Shown here: positions 38,854 through 48,847 of the stretch, in pieces | How positions within the stretch are numbered: the first letter of the stretch is position 1 | Layout: each line of letters opens with the position of its first letter | Virus record (IMG/VR): IMGVR_UViG_3300032070_000613 | Span: 1-64,000 of that record | DNA: 64,000 nucleotides | Strand: one strand, 5' to 3' | DNA from: a virus | Translations under genes and position numbers: made by a program | Notes under the pieces: generated by a model | The model's database searches: none | The model's input: only the letters and a program-made list of their open reading frames with translations | Told to the model about the DNA's origin: nothing

Positions 38854-39858
38854 ATGTGCGCAGTCGGACTTGACATCGGGACATGTTTTTTAGTTTCTGC
38901 TACTCAGGATGAGAGTGGTCAGACACAAATTAAATCGATTAGGGACGCATTTATTGACATTGAGGCAGATGCCTCCACCATTAATATGCTGAAGATGTCC
39001 AACGTGTCTTATGTACATGACGGTAATAATATAGTAGTGGTAGGAGAATCGGCGCTGAATCTAGCGAACTTGCTAAAAAGGGAATCACGCAGGCCAATGA
39101 GCCAGGGGGTAATATCTCCGGGAGAGCGCGATGCTGAGCGTATGTTGGCTATTTTACTTAAGAATATTCTTCCGGGCCCTAAAGTGGAGAATGAGAATGT
39201 ATTTTTTTCGGTACCTGCTAAATCTGTAGATCGTGAGATGGATGTCATATACCATACAGCTATAATAAAAAAAATTATTGAAAATTTTAATTATAAAGTC
39301 ACACCTCTTAACGAAGCGGCTGCATTGGTATATTCTAATTGTAGTTCTGAAGGATTTACAGCTATGGCCAGTAGTTTTGGAGCTGGATCTGTAAATACTG
39401 CCATAGTATATAAAACCATGGTAGGTATGGCTTTTTCATTGGCGAGATCTGGGGATCATATTGATGCCTCCGCGGCTCGTGCTGTAGGGTCTACAGCTAC
39501 CAGGATGATGGCTATTAAAGAGCTGGGTGTGAATCTCCTGGATCCTACTGAGGGAGATCCTAAGCAGATACGAGAGCGTGAAGCTATTATAATGTACTAT
39601 CGCAATTTGATACGGTATGTCATTGAGAATATAGCTAAAGAATTCAAGAAAGATAATAGTAAAATAGAGCTCCCGGATTCCCTGCCGTGGATATTGTCTG
39701 GGGGATCCACAAAACCTAAGAATTTTCTTGAATTTTTCAAATCTGAGTTTGAAAAAGAAAAGAGTTCATTTCCACTTAAGGTGTCCGATATTCGTATGGC
39801 TGGCGATGTTTTAAATGATGTCGCTAAGGGATTGCTCATAGCGGCTATGAATGAATAG
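38854..39858 (+). CDS. Actin-like ATPase (MreB/FtsA/ParM superfamily)
   Basis: GLDIGT (phosphate 1), LNEAAA (connect 1), SFGAGS (phosphate 2), LSGGS (adenosine). Confidence 0.8.
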   Translation: MCAVGLDIGTCFLVSATQDESGQTQIKSIRDAFIDIEADASTINMLKMSNVSYVHDGNNIVVVGESALNLANLLKRESRRPMSQGVISPGERDAERMLAILLKNILPGPKVENENVFFSVPAKSVDREMDVIYHTAIIKKIIENFNYKVTPLNEAAALVYSNCSSEGFTAMASSFGAGSVNTAIVYKTMVGMAFSLARSGDHIDASAARAVGSTATRMMAIKELGVNLLDPTEGDPKQIREREAIIMYYRNLIRYVIENIAKEFKKDNSKIELPDSLPWILSGGSTKPKNFLEFFKSEFEKEKSSFPLKVSDIRMAGDVLNDVAKGLLIAAMNE

Positions 39859-39950
39859 GCATTTAATGATTGAAATTTTTGTGTGATAGAACCTATATTT
39901 TTACAGTTCTTTTTGTTGTGTAGTATTCTTTTAATTTATTTATTATAGAT

Positions 39951-40088
39951 GTACAGGTCTGGAAGCCTGTGCTCTATCCTCTCATACAGAGTAATAGATA
40001 GCTAACATAACCGAGAGTCAGAGATAGCCTTTTCTGTAGGGGTGTCTTCTCTGTAGGGGTCTTCCAGCCCCGCCTCGGTTTATTTTTT
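39951..40088 (+). ncRNA. Candidate structured RNA with complementary hairpin loops
   Basis: Loop CUGGAAG complementary to loop CUUCCAG; closing stem AACCGAG/CUCGGUU followed by a U tract. Confidence 0.5.
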
Positions 40089-40152
40089 AGGAGTGTAGGA
40101 TAACCTATTAATTTTTTCTATATATTATAAATTTTAATTTTAAAGAAGCCCT

Positions 40153-41583
40153 ATGCAAAATGACCTACTCAAAAATGTAAAGTATCGTTTACTTGACGAA
40201 TTGCGATATGCTGTCGAGAAGCATCAAGTTTACGTTGACAAAGTGAGAATTTATCATAAATTTCCAATGCAAGAAAGACCCAGTATTGGAATTATTTTAC
40301 GCAACGCCTCTTCCAGCAGAATAAAACTCTCCGCGGACGACAACGCCGGTACTCTCAAAAGTCACCTGACTCTGGCTAAAGCTGAGAATAAACCCTCGGG
40401 GTGTCTGGACTGGGTATGGGAAGATGCCGTGCATATGACCGAGCTCCAGCAGGATGAGGACCTCTCTAGTCAGATCCAGGGTACATCCACCTACGGTCAA
40501 AATCGTTTTTTCTATACCTCTAAAAAACCTATCATATCAGGAAAAAATAATACGGTCGTCGCTGATAATTTCAGGCAGGTCTCTCTCACCCTAAACGGTG
40601 AAAATGTGCTCGCTGAATTCATAGACGGTAAAAGAGGGATAGTAGCTCTCCCTCAGGCACCCGTGGTAGGAGACTCTCTAAAAATCAGCTATTACTATAA
40701 TAATCTCACTCCTCCTGGCAGGTATTATTTAGAGATCATATCCGCTACTCAGTTCGTCATAGATCCTTTCTATCAGGTACGAGACGAAGAGCTAATAATA
40801 GATACTACAGGATTAGAGACTACAGTCTCGCTGGCTCATGGTAATCTATATGGAGATTTTGATGTCCTCTATACCATGAAGACTAAATTCAGCAATAAAA
40901 TCTATCTGGAAAAAAACATAGACTACACTATTACGACAGCCGGAGTAATAACTTTTCTGAATCCACTCCCTGTAGGCACTACTCTCTATGCCAATTATCG
41001 GTGGGGTGGCGCTACCATGGGACCGTTTGATATCCCTGAGCCATTCCATTATAATAATACTGCGCTGCCGGGGGTCATACTGGCATTCAGTAATCAGCTG
41101 GACGTAGGGACTCGGGTGGTGGTGCTGGTATATCCTCAGAGGGAGCCCTCAGCCATTATTTATAGCGGGCATTATAAGATGGTTTTTGAGATAGACGTGT
41201 TTGCTAAAGACCCCATACAGCTCCCGGATCTCACAGACCATCTCATATCAGAGATATGGTCTAATCGCAGGCTGCCTCTGATCAGTGAGGGTTTGACCAT
41301 AGAGGAGATGGATCCTACGGGTGAGTCCGAGGAGGTCTACGATAACAATACAGGGGATTTGTATTATAAAAACAGTATCACTTTACAGATGATGACAGAG
41401 TGGAAAAAGTTTGTACCGCTCAGTATAGAGCTCATGGATTATGATACCAAACTCTATCAATATATCACGACAAAAAAATATGTGATCACGAATCAGAATA
41501 AAGTGCTGGAGATGAAACTAGTGCCGTGGACGGTGCCTTTTGAGGTGAAATATCCGAAAGTAGGATATGCCCGTCTGATTTGA
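40153..41583 (+). CDS. Putative tail terminator/neck protein
   Basis: Upstream of sheath; FEIDVFAKD-type C-terminal region. Confidence 0.45.
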   Translation: MQNDLLKNVKYRLLDELRYAVEKHQVYVDKVRIYHKFPMQERPSIGIILRNASSSRIKLSADDNAGTLKSHLTLAKAENKPSGCLDWVWEDAVHMTELQQDEDLSSQIQGTSTYGQNRFFYTSKKPIISGKNNTVVADNFRQVSLTLNGENVLAEFIDGKRGIVALPQAPVVGDSLKISYYYNNLTPPGRYYLEIISATQFVIDPFYQVRDEELIIDTTGLETTVSLAHGNLYGDFDVLYTMKTKFSNKIYLEKNIDYTITTAGVITFLNPLPVGTTLYANYRWGGATMGPFDIPEPFHYNNTALPGVILAFSNQLDVGTRVVVLVYPQREPSAIIYSGHYKMVFEIDVFAKDPIQLPDLTDHLISEIWSNRRLPLISEGLTIEEMDPTGESEEVYDNNTGDLYYKNSITLQMMTEWKKFVPLSIELMDYDTKLYQYITTKKYVITNQNKVLEMKLVPWTVPFEVKYPKVGYARLI

Positions 41584-41585
41584 TC

Positions 41586-41601
41586 GAATAATCTCTTAAT
41601 A
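41586..41601 (+). promoter_or_regulatory. Phage promoter motif GAATAATCTCTTAATA
   Basis: Motif copy. Confidence 0.65.
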
Positions 41602-41653
41602 TAGATACCATTTTAAATTCATATTCACATCTCATATAAAAAGGAGTGTCGGT

Positions 41654-42124
41654 ATGCCGATTTATACGTACAAGTGTGAGGCGTGCAATTTTATTTTCGA
41701 AGAGTTGGTGTCGTACGATAAAAAAGATGATGTAAATTGTAATTTATGTAAAGGTAAAGCTCATAGGGGAGCGGCGGAGACATTCGGGATAAATACGACT
41801 CTGAATCCAAAAACAGATACGATTTATAGTCCAAAAGAAATAGATAAAGTAGTGGGGGCTGAGTCGGAGAAAAAGTGGGCTGGATATGATGAGCGCTGGC
41901 GGCAGCGATATGAGGCCCGGCAGCAAAAGAGATGGAAGGGTATGACTCCTACTCCCGTGAATATACCAAAGGATCCTGACGGAAAATATACGCCTATCAT
42001 GCATTTAGGGAATAGTAAAGACAGGGAGTTGAGGAGAGAATATTCTACGGCGTTGCAGGAGCATAGAGCGGAGAGAAAAAAGAGAGGTGAGGATCAGTTT
42101 GATGCGCCTGGGGCGATTCTATAG
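41654..42124 (+). CDS. FmdB-family zinc-ribbon protein (second copy)
   Basis: MPIYTYKCEAC...CNLC. Confidence 0.7.
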   Translation: MPIYTYKCEACNFIFEELVSYDKKDDVNCNLCKGKAHRGAAETFGINTTLNPKTDTIYSPKEIDKVVGAESEKKWAGYDERWRQRYEARQQKRWKGMTPTPVNIPKDPDGKYTPIMHLGNSKDRELRREYSTALQEHRAERKKRGEDQFDAPGAIL

Positions 42125-42133
42125 CTTAGTTAC

Positions 42134-42149
42134 TAATACTCTCTTAATA
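42134..42149 (+). promoter_or_regulatory. Phage promoter motif TAATACTCTCTTAATA
   Basis: Motif copy upstream of sheath. Confidence 0.7.
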
Positions 42150-42251
42150 TTCAAATCCAAATAAGATACTCATAGCAGATATAGCCATATATACTATAAA
42201 ATAAAATCAACTGAAAAAATTAGTAATTAAGATATAAAAAGGAGCTCACTC

Positions 42252-45212
42252 ATGGCTATAGGACCTCTTGAAAGTTTTGTATTCCCGGGCGTATTAGTCC
42301 GTACTATCAATGAGGCCGCGGGAGCCTCCACTGCAGGTGACATACGTTTCCCAGCTATTATCGGAGTGTCCGCTGAAGAAGTCCGTGTAGCTGATTTTGA
42401 ATTGGTGAGAGGATCCTCTGCTATAGCGGACAACATTATCCTCGATGAGCTGGTGACAGGGATTTCTATATCTACACCGTCTGGATATACTCCGGGTTGG
42501 ATAGGTGGGGCGCAGGGTAGTGTGAAATCGTTCCGCGTAGCCAATGTCCCCATCGTCACTGGTGATGGTTCTGGAAAAGTTGGTACATCTCCCTCCAATG
42601 TAATAGTCACCGTCAATAATGAAAATGTAGCCGTCAATTCAATAAACGGGCTCACCGGTCAGGTAGATCTGGTCGTGATACCTAAAGACACCGATGTTGT
42701 TCGTGTCAATTATTATTTCAAGAGACGTGATACGTATATCGAGAACGAGAATCTCATTCTCCAGGCTGACGGATCCAATAAGATTTTCAAAGTCCATAGC
42801 GCTCGTATAGTGAAGGGTGATAACAGTGGTACGTCGGCTACGGATGCCGATATCAACGGTACGGTAAAAATTCTTTATGATCCTACTCCGACCACTAATC
42901 CTGGTGATGAATTTGAGAGGACTGTAAAAGTCATCGATGTTAAAGTGGATGGTGTATCTGCCACTATTACCGCTTTGGACGGTTCTACGGGTAGAGTCAC
43001 TCTGCAGACTGCTCCTACAGGAGGTGGCAGTCATACTCTTACGGTGACGTATTTCACGAATATCTGGCAGGACACATATGATATTCTACCCGCTCCTGTT
43101 GTGAATAGAGTCATCGAGGTGGGACTCAGCCAGGACACATCGGATTTCTCCGTGGGTAATGATTGTGTCCTGTCTGGAGATAATAAGCTGCACTGGGGTA
43201 ATTCTTATCAGAAGACTCAGGGTGTCTACACTGTAGGGTCTACGGCTGTAATAAACAACATAGTGCCTTCTATCACAGATACTAAAGTTTATGGTAGAGT
43301 GGCTGCTCCTGCAGTGCCTAGTGGTGTGGATGCGGATAATATTCCTCTGAACACTGATGGCAACAAAGTTTTCATTCTACCCACAGCTCCTGTTGATTCG
43401 AGTGGTACTGGAGTGGCTACAGAAGATACCACATTGATTACGGCTTATGTAGGTTCGACATGGGCGTTAGCCTATGCTGGTGGTGCAGTGACAGTCATGT
43501 CTATCAGTGGCAGTCAGATTACACTAGCGGTATCTCCTTCGAATGCCCTCTCGGAAAAAGTATATGTCACCTATTATGAGAACAACATAGTAGATGATGA
43601 CTGGCTGTTTACAGTGCGTGTACCTGGTATTGCTACAGTGGGTAAGTATACGGTTTCTTCTTTGCTCCATGGTAATGCATTATCTGTGACGCAGGCTGCG
43701 GGTGGGACAGCAGTTTTTGCTTATGTAGGTGGTTATATTAATTGTGAAGTAAATCCTCTTATAGCATCTGTAGAACGTGTAAGATGTACATTTGATGGCT
43801 CTAACAGTTTTACGGTTACTTCTATGGTTGGAACGACCCTCACTCCCTGGGTGCCTAACGGTCGTACCGGTTCGGTCATTACCTATAATCAGAACATAGG
43901 TAAACTCGGTAAAACGTATATCGATCCTACGACTGGGTTCAGAGTGACGTTCGATGCTTCAACAGTGCCCGCAAATAGTACTTATGTGGAATTTGATGTA
44001 GGTGATCCTACCGTATCTAATGCTACTCAGAGACTCTATATCACTGCCAATACCCCTATCGTAAAAGTGATCCCGGGTATGTATATCACGGTATCGACGA
44101 CCTCTGGTAGCTATGCTGATGATACAGTAGTGCTCAGCACCTATAATAAGAGCGGTAATGAGCCCAATGTAGGTGATATGTACTATGTCACATTTGATAA
44201 GGCTAAGACTGATTACACTACGAAATTCCTGACGAATATGCGTGATGTAATCAAATATTTCGGGCCGATCGACATCAACAATAAAGTGACCATCGCCGCT
44301 AATCTGTGTTTTCTGAATGGTGCCCGTGCAGTGGCTATCAAGCAAATTTTAAGAGTGACGGGTGGTACGGACGCGAGTGTGCAGGATTACATTGATGGTA
44401 TCGATGCTTTTGGTGAGCCGATGCCGAACGGTCTGCGTCCGTCTATGGTACAACCGCTATCGACAAATTCGGAGGTACAGAGTTATCTGAAGACCTCTAA
44501 TGCTATACAATCCAGTATCCGGTATAGGAACGAGCGTACTAGCGTTATAGGTTTTGCGGTCGGGACTACTTCTGATGAGGTTATTCAGAAATGTAAGAAT
44601 CTCGCTACCGAGAAAGTCACGGCAGTGTATCCTGATGGTGCTATCATTGGTATCGTCGACACCTACGGTAATGAAGTCGAATATATCGTCGATGGATCGA
44701 TGATTGCTGCCGCGGTGGCTGGGCGTGATATTTCTCCTGTCTCAGATATTGCTACTCCTCTGACCAATGCCACGATCGTAGGTTTCAAGAGACTCTACAG
44801 GAGATTGGATAATGTTACTGCGGCGTTGGTGGCGAATGCCGGGTGTACGGTACTTGAGGAGCAGACTCCGGTTATCAGGATTTTGATGTATTTGACTACA
44901 GATATGTCCACATCGTTGACGAGGGATCCTCGTATTGTTGAGGTGAAGCATTCGATTCAGCAGGGTTTGCGTACTGCTTTACAGCGGTATATCGGCTCCA
45001 AGAACCTGCCGAAGATGCAGCCTCAGATCAGGGATACGGTGGGGTCTTATTTCAAGCAGCTCAAGAAGAATGAGATCATTGTGGATTTCACGGGTATCAA
45101 TGTTAAGCAGAACGAGAGTGATCCGAGTACGGTGGATGTGGAGGCATATTACAGTCCAGTGTTCCCGTTGAACTGGATTGTTGTGACGTTGAACCTGAGA
45201 CAGAGTCTGTAA
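42252..45212 (+). CDS. Tail sheath protein with inserted beta domains
   Basis: N-terminal FPGV; C-terminal ...VEAYYSPVFPLNWIVVTL. Confidence 0.85.
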   Translation: MAIGPLESFVFPGVLVRTINEAAGASTAGDIRFPAIIGVSAEEVRVADFELVRGSSAIADNIILDELVTGISISTPSGYTPGWIGGAQGSVKSFRVANVPIVTGDGSGKVGTSPSNVIVTVNNENVAVNSINGLTGQVDLVVIPKDTDVVRVNYYFKRRDTYIENENLILQADGSNKIFKVHSARIVKGDNSGTSATDADINGTVKILYDPTPTTNPGDEFERTVKVIDVKVDGVSATITALDGSTGRVTLQTAPTGGGSHTLTVTYFTNIWQDTYDILPAPVVNRVIEVGLSQDTSDFSVGNDCVLSGDNKLHWGNSYQKTQGVYTVGSTAVINNIVPSITDTKVYGRVAAPAVPSGVDADNIPLNTDGNKVFILPTAPVDSSGTGVATEDTTLITAYVGSTWALAYAGGAVTVMSISGSQITLAVSPSNALSEKVYVTYYENNIVDDDWLFTVRVPGIATVGKYTVSSLLHGNALSVTQAAGGTAVFAYVGGYINCEVNPLIASVERVRCTFDGSNSFTVTSMVGTTLTPWVPNGRTGSVITYNQNIGKLGKTYIDPTTGFRVTFDASTVPANSTYVEFDVGDPTVSNATQRLYITANTPIVKVIPGMYITVSTTSGSYADDTVVLSTYNKSGNEPNVGDMYYVTFDKAKTDYTTKFLTNMRDVIKYFGPIDINNKVTIAANLCFLNGARAVAIKQILRVTGGTDASVQDYIDGIDAFGEPMPNGLRPSMVQPLSTNSEVQSYLKTSNAIQSSIRYRNERTSVIGFAVGTTSDEVIQKCKNLATEKVTAVYPDGAIIGIVDTYGNEVEYIVDGSMIAAAVAGRDISPVSDIATPLTNATIVGFKRLYRRLDNVTAALVANAGCTVLEEQTPVIRILMYLTTDMSTSLTRDPRIVEVKHSIQQGLRTALQRYIGSKNLPKMQPQIRDTVGSYFKQLKKNEIIVDFTGINVKQNESDPSTVDVEAYYSPVFPLNWIVVTLNLRQSL

Positions 45213-45259
45213 CCAATAACCAAACAGAAGTAAACCACTATTTTGAAGGAGCATGACAT

Positions 45260-46297
45260 ATGGATCGCATAGCATTAGCAAAGAGATTAGAGGGTCTTTC
45301 GAAGGTGTTTGCCAGTGATTCCCCGTATCACAGGGATCTGAAGGCCATGTCGGAAGTCCTTCAAAAAGTTGATGATGATAAGTTCAAAACTATTCTGAGT
45401 ACAGATTTTGTATCGGATGTTGTTGCTGGTGATAAAGAGGCAGTTCAGCCTATGCTTCAGCAGCCGCTACCTACTACCAGGGAGCGTATGGAGGAGATGA
45501 GAGGCAGGTCTGGTCGTCCGATGCCGACTAGTGATCCTAAGAGTCAGGCTGATTTCATGAAATCTTTTGTGCAGAAAGCTATACAGGAGGGATGGCTCTC
45601 TCCTGAAGGTATGCAAGAAGCTAAGAAGCTTCGTATTGAGCCTGCACCGATGCCTATGAAAGCTCCTGCTGTTAAGCCCATACCTGGACTCGTTCGTGAA
45701 CAGGAGACTGCCATGAGTGCGGAGGCTTCTACGGAGCCGGTAGGGTTGTATTGGAACAAGGAGGCTTCGGAAGCTATTCTGAATAATCTTTTACGTGATG
45801 TCGTAGGGATGGATAAGAAGCAGATAGAGGATACTGGGCGTCATCTCGAAAAGAATCAGATTCCGGATGGTTCTCATGATGGTGAGAAGGCCAAGAATCT
45901 CAAGCCGGAGCAGACTCCTGATCAGGAATATCTGGATTCAGGTATTGTTGAGAAGTCTCACGGTAAGGTGAGAAAAGAAGCAGCGGCTGAAGAAGATGAG
46001 AAAGAGGATAAAAAGGAAGATAAGAAAGAGGATAAAGCTGCTACTGCTGTAGAGGAAAAGGAAGATGCGGAGGAAAAAGAAGCTACTCTTGAGGATATTA
46101 AAAAGAAAAAGGAAGAGGATAAGAAGAAAAAGATGGAAAAGACGGTCGAAAAGCTCGAGGAAGAAAAGAAAGAGAAAAAGCCTGAGGAAGATAAGAAGGA
46201 AGCGAATATCATTGAGGGCATCGAACTTGGGGAGCCTATGGATGATGTAGTCCTCGATGCCGCTGAGCAGGAGAAACTGAGTAAACTATTTATATAA
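45260..46297 (+). CDS. Charged, scaffold-like hypothetical protein
   Basis: Shares KEDKKEDKKEDKAA with the scaffold gene. Confidence 0.55.
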   Translation: MDRIALAKRLEGLSKVFASDSPYHRDLKAMSEVLQKVDDDKFKTILSTDFVSDVVAGDKEAVQPMLQQPLPTTRERMEEMRGRSGRPMPTSDPKSQADFMKSFVQKAIQEGWLSPEGMQEAKKLRIEPAPMPMKAPAVKPIPGLVREQETAMSAEASTEPVGLYWNKEASEAILNNLLRDVVGMDKKQIEDTGRHLEKNQIPDGSHDGEKAKNLKPEQTPDQEYLDSGIVEKSHGKVRKEAAAEEDEKEDKKEDKKEDKAATAVEEKEDAEEKEATLEDIKKKKEEDKKKKMEKTVEKLEEEKKEKKPEEDKKEANIIEGIELGEPMDDVVLDAAEQEKLSKLFI

Positions 46298-46308
46298 GGA
46301 GATAACAT

Positions 46309-47028
46309 ATGGCGGCAAGAGATAGAGATACATACGTACATCGTCGGGGAGTAACTCCCGAGACAGCTTCTATCATAAGTTCTAAAAACAGAATTTATGC
46401 TGTACCTGCAGACGTCCAGACAGGCGGTCTTTTTCAGATTGGTGTTGTGGCGACATTTGATCCTTCTGAGACACGTGCGATAGAACCCGTACGTGGTATT
46501 GGTTTTGGAGATCATGTTGCTGAGTTGGTCCCTGGAGTTACTGAGCCGATGACTCTAGCTGTCACGCGTACAGCGCAATATCTCTCTATGATCTATCAGG
46601 TTTTTGGTTATAAAGGGGGTATTGACGGGCTAGTGCGTTCTTTACGTCATCATAAATGGCCTTTTGACATTGTTCAAGAGATTGTTCTGAGTAACTTGCC
46701 GGATGTGGTTGATAATGAAAATAGCGTTGAAAAGAGTGAATATTTGAGTACTATAGGAGGTTTAAAAGCGATATTGACCTATTATCAGGGTTGTTGGATA
46801 TCTGATTATAGTGTATCCTATGCCGCGGATGCTGCTTTAGTGCAGGAGTCTGTGACTGTTAATGTAACTGACATTCTTGGTGATATAGCTACTGCGTATG
46901 ATGAGAGTACGCCATTATTTAATTATGATTATGCTCGTTCTAAAATAGTGGAGTCAGCTTATAACCCTGGCATTACTAATCGTACTGGAGGAGAGCTCGA
47001 ACCCAGTGCAGGAATGACGCTTACGTAA
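46309..47028 (+). CDS. Tail tube protein
   Basis: After sheath; VRGIGFG..ELVPG, YQGCWISDYS..QESVTV. Confidence 0.8.
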   Translation: MAARDRDTYVHRRGVTPETASIISSKNRIYAVPADVQTGGLFQIGVVATFDPSETRAIEPVRGIGFGDHVAELVPGVTEPMTLAVTRTAQYLSMIYQVFGYKGGIDGLVRSLRHHKWPFDIVQEIVLSNLPDVVDNENSVEKSEYLSTIGGLKAILTYYQGCWISDYSVSYAADAALVQESVTVNVTDILGDIATAYDESTPLFNYDYARSKIVESAYNPGITNRTGGELEPSAGMTLT

Positions 47029-47221
47029 GTTCTCAACGGGGATATCCCCGGGATTTTTATATTTATATAATATATCATATTTTACATTTCATTTTTATAT
47101 AACATAAAATAATTATCTCATATTACTTCATAAATCCCCTGTTTGTATATCCCCTTGTAGGAAATATTTATCTGTTAATATTTTTGCCATATCCATAACC
47201 ATATTTAAAAGGAGCCTTTAT

Positions 47222-47776
47222 ATGGGTCTGACTGATGTTTTCCAATCTATTCAGAAGAGTCTTAGTTTCACTAAAGCGGTAGAGATTTCCGGAATAAAAT
47301 TTGATTTAGGCTTACTTTCTTTTGAAGAGGATACAAAGACTGATATTCTTCCTCAAGAAAATATTGAGCCTTTAGTTTATTACAATGAAATGCGTATACA
47401 GACGCTATCATATGCTATAAAAAGTATCAATGGAGAGCCGGTACCCGCTGTAGTGGATATAAAAAAAGGGGATATCGTAGAAAAGAAACAAGGCTCTTTA
47501 TTTGTGAAAGAATTTCTTTCTACACTACCGGTTAAAATTATAGAGCAGCTTTTTGATGTCTATATAGATCTTAAAGAAGAGTCTGAAGCTACTTTGGAAA
47601 AAGAAATAAAATATAACTGGTTTAAGACGCCGGAGCAAAGGGAAGAGGAGTCTAAAAAGAAAAAGGAAGAGCCGTCTGAAAAAAAGAAAGAAGAGGAAGC
47701 AGCATCAGATAACACACAGGATATAAAATTAAAAGAGATTCATGAGCCTCTTGAGGAAGATAAACCTAGTGCATAA
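47222..47776 (+). CDS. Putative tail assembly chaperone
   Basis: Between tube and tape measure; LSYAIKSING. Confidence 0.55.
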   Translation: MGLTDVFQSIQKSLSFTKAVEISGIKFDLGLLSFEEDTKTDILPQENIEPLVYYNEMRIQTLSYAIKSINGEPVPAVVDIKKGDIVEKKQGSLFVKEFLSTLPVKIIEQLFDVYIDLKEESEATLEKEIKYNWFKTPEQREEESKKKKEEPSEKKKEEEAASDNTQDIKLKEIHEPLEEDKPSA

Positions 47777-47778
47777 TT

Positions 47779-48843
47779 ATGGAAGTCCAGCAGGCATATA
47801 ATAACATTGAGAAAGTCATAGTCCAAGGTTTTCTTATTGCAGGACTATCCTTTAAAAATCATTATTTTTTGCTGAAAAACATTACAGACAAGGAATATGA
47901 GAATCTTAATTTGTATGTAAAAGAAGATGATTCTATCTATAATTTGATTTATCAGATTTCATTTTGTACCGCATTTGTAGATAGTAATAATTTTTTAGAG
48001 AGTAGGTTCGAAAAGATACCAGAGCTCGTACGGTTCTATTCTAAAATGCCTATAATATTTATTAATAAAGTGAAGGATACGATACAGAAGATAAATACGG
48101 AATATTTTGAATCTCTTGAATTTTTGGAAGGTTTTTGTTATACGGATAAATCCAGGCATTTGTGGAAGGTTTTCGATTATACGAATAAAGATACATATCT
48201 AGGGATTTCTGGGTTGAATAATGTTGGTATGAATTCAGTTCAGGAGAATTGGATTATTATAAATAAGAGGCTTGATGAGGAGGAGGCATACAGTAGCAAT
48301 TTGAATATGACGTTTATCATATCTTCTTCGATGAACCCCAAAGGTACCAAGGAGATGTCTCGGAATTATGATTTTCATAAAAGGGAGTTAGATGAGCTTC
48401 GTAAAGACATAGCTAAATACGGTCATGATAAGAAAAGAGTAAAAGAGCAGCAGGAAAAAGCTGAATGGACAGCGCCAATAAAGAGTCGTGAGGATTTGGT
48501 ACGTGAGCTTTATCGGCAGATGTCTGGTAAAAAAGACAAGCATGATCTATTCATAGATGAGTGGGTTAAGCAGCAGAAAGCGGCTGCTGAGAGGATTAAA
48601 GAGCAGGCTGAGGAGCGTCAGCGTGTGTTTAGGGCTAAGATCCAGGAGGTTGATTTGAGTTCGATAGAGGATTCGAGGCCTATATCAGCATCAGAGCTTA
48701 AAAAAGTATTGGCTCAGAAGAAGATTTCTAAAACCGATATGGTAGTGAGTCAGCCTATGATGTCTTTTGATGAGCGTGATGAGAAAGAGCGATTTTTGAA
48801 GAAAATAAGTGCTACTATCATACGTCCGAATAAGAAGGATTGA
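47779..48843 (+). CDS. Hypothetical protein, putative second tail chaperone
   Basis: Synteny. Confidence 0.45.
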   Translation: MEVQQAYNNIEKVIVQGFLIAGLSFKNHYFLLKNITDKEYENLNLYVKEDDSIYNLIYQISFCTAFVDSNNFLESRFEKIPELVRFYSKMPIIFINKVKDTIQKINTEYFESLEFLEGFCYTDKSRHLWKVFDYTNKDTYLGISGLNNVGMNSVQENWIIINKRLDEEEAYSSNLNMTFIISSSMNPKGTKEMSRNYDFHKRELDELRKDIAKYGHDKKRVKEQQEKAEWTAPIKSREDLVRELYRQMSGKKDKHDLFIDEWVKQQKAAAERIKEQAEERQRVFRAKIQEVDLSSIEDSRPISASELKKVLAQKKISKTDMVVSQPMMSFDERDEKERFLKKISATIIRPNKKD

Positions 48844-48847
48844 AAAT

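Noticed and set aside
47222-48843. Programmed frameshift between tail chaperone genes
   Set aside because: The second ORF has its own ATG 2 nt after the first stop; no convincing slippery site identified
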